A stretch of 64,000 nucleotides of DNA. Source: an uncultured Acidobacteriota bacterium (GTDB lineage Bacteria; Acidobacteriota; Thermoanaerobaculia; Multivoradales; UBA5704). The translations under genes were made by a program, and so were the position numbers. The notes below the pieces were generated by a model. It saw only the letters and a list, made by a program, of their open reading frames with translations, did no database searches and was not told the DNA's origin. The DNA lies in the NCBI GenBank assembly GCA_963700145.1, contig OY969474.1, forward strand, positions 4,992,001-5,056,000. The letters are read 5' to 3'. Below are positions 63,378 through 64,000 of the stretch, one piece after another (position 1 is the first letter of the stretch; each line of letters begins with the position of its first letter).

Positions 63378-63593
63378 CCGTTACGGAGATCGAGCGCCCG
63401 TTACGGAGATTGCGCGCCCGTCACGGAGATGGAGCATCCATCTCGGAGATCGAGCGCCCATCTCCGAGATCGGGCGCCCATCTCGGTGACGGCGCTTCCG
63501 TCACGGTGACGCAGCCTCCCATCTCGGAGATCGCGCGCCGGTCACGGAGATCGCGCGCCGATTACGGAGATGGAGCTTCCATCTCCGAGACGG
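63378..63593. repeat. Tandem array D: 11 units, mostly 20-bp period, RTYWC-S-GWGAY palindromic core
   Basis: Cores at 63381, 63401, 63421, 63441, 63461, 63481, 63501, 63522, 63542, 63562, 63582. Confidence 0.95.
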
Positions 63594-63639
63594 AGCGATT
63601 TGCGCGCCGTTTTGGCAGCGCGCAGCACCGGGGCCTCGT

Positions 63640-64000
63640 CTAACCGCCCGCGGCGGGGGTGTAGCCGGTGACGTGGATCTCGCGGCGGGCGAGGTCGGCG
63701 GTGCCGGTCGTCCAGACCGGGAGGCCGTTGACCCAGGCGTAGCGCGGGTCGGAGCTGTGGAGGGTGACGTTGATGTAGAGGCGGAGGAGCCCGGTCGCGG
63801 GATCGGGGACGGCGACGCCGCCGCCGAAGAAGGCGACCGCGGCGCCGTCCGGGGTGGCGATGCGCAGGTGGATGTGGAGGTCCATGCGGCCGTCGCCGCG
63901 CACGCGGGCGTAGTCGGTGCCGGCGGCGGTGCCGCTCAGGCGCGGGCCTTCGAGCGCGCCTTCGAAGACGACGTCGAAGCGCGCGCCGCCGGGCGGCGGC
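63640..64000 (-). CDS. DUF3237-like protein (5' end outside window)
   Basis: EGPRLSG...GTDYARVRGDG...TPDGA...DPRYAWVN pattern. Confidence 0.7.
   Translation of the reverse strand, partial: PPPGGARFDVVFEGALEGPRLSGTAAGTDYARVRGDGRMDLHIHLRIATPDGAAVAFFGGGVAVPDPATGLLRLYINVTLHSSDPRYAWVNGLPVWTTGTADLARREIHVTGYTPAAGG

Noticed and set aside
1-64000. tRNA, rRNA, prophage, integron or retron
   Set aside because: No cloverleaf, rRNA-like stretch, integrase, phage structural gene or reverse transcriptase recognised by eye; covariance-model searches were not run.

Overview
Very GC-rich bacterial chromosome segment; gene content and style suggest Acidobacteriota, possibly Thermoanaerobaculia (inference, not tested). 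Housekeeping genes: tyrS, suhB, fdhD, aroC, hisS-aspS, typA, pdxH. DNA repair: ku-ligD (NHEJ) and imuA-imuB without dnaE2. Also an RND pump, several type II toxin-antitoxin modules (HicAB, orphan Phd, AbrB-Doc, VapBC), two near-identical IS3 copies and an IS256 with a nonsense mutation. An ~12 kb cluster (15.0-26.7 kb) encodes GTP cyclohydrolase II, a RibD-type reductase, an MDR dehydrogenase, an atypical PTPS/QueD, four glycosyltransferase-like proteins and three methyltransferases. The most unusual non-coding signals are four intergenic 20/21-bp-period arrays of short palindromes with variable linkers (two lie next to TA modules; all three IS elements lie in or at the edge of two of them), two REP families that supply stop codons or C-termini to genes, a candidate ~72-nt sRNA with its own sigma70 promoter and terminator, three sigma54-like promoters in front of stress genes, and a decayed 74-bp copy of tyrS where a toxin gene is expected. 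A secreted multicopper oxidase carries an MVL-type lectin domain inserted in its last cupredoxin domain. No rRNA, tRNA, CRISPR, integrase or reverse transcriptase was seen. All calls come from reading motifs by eye; no database search was run.
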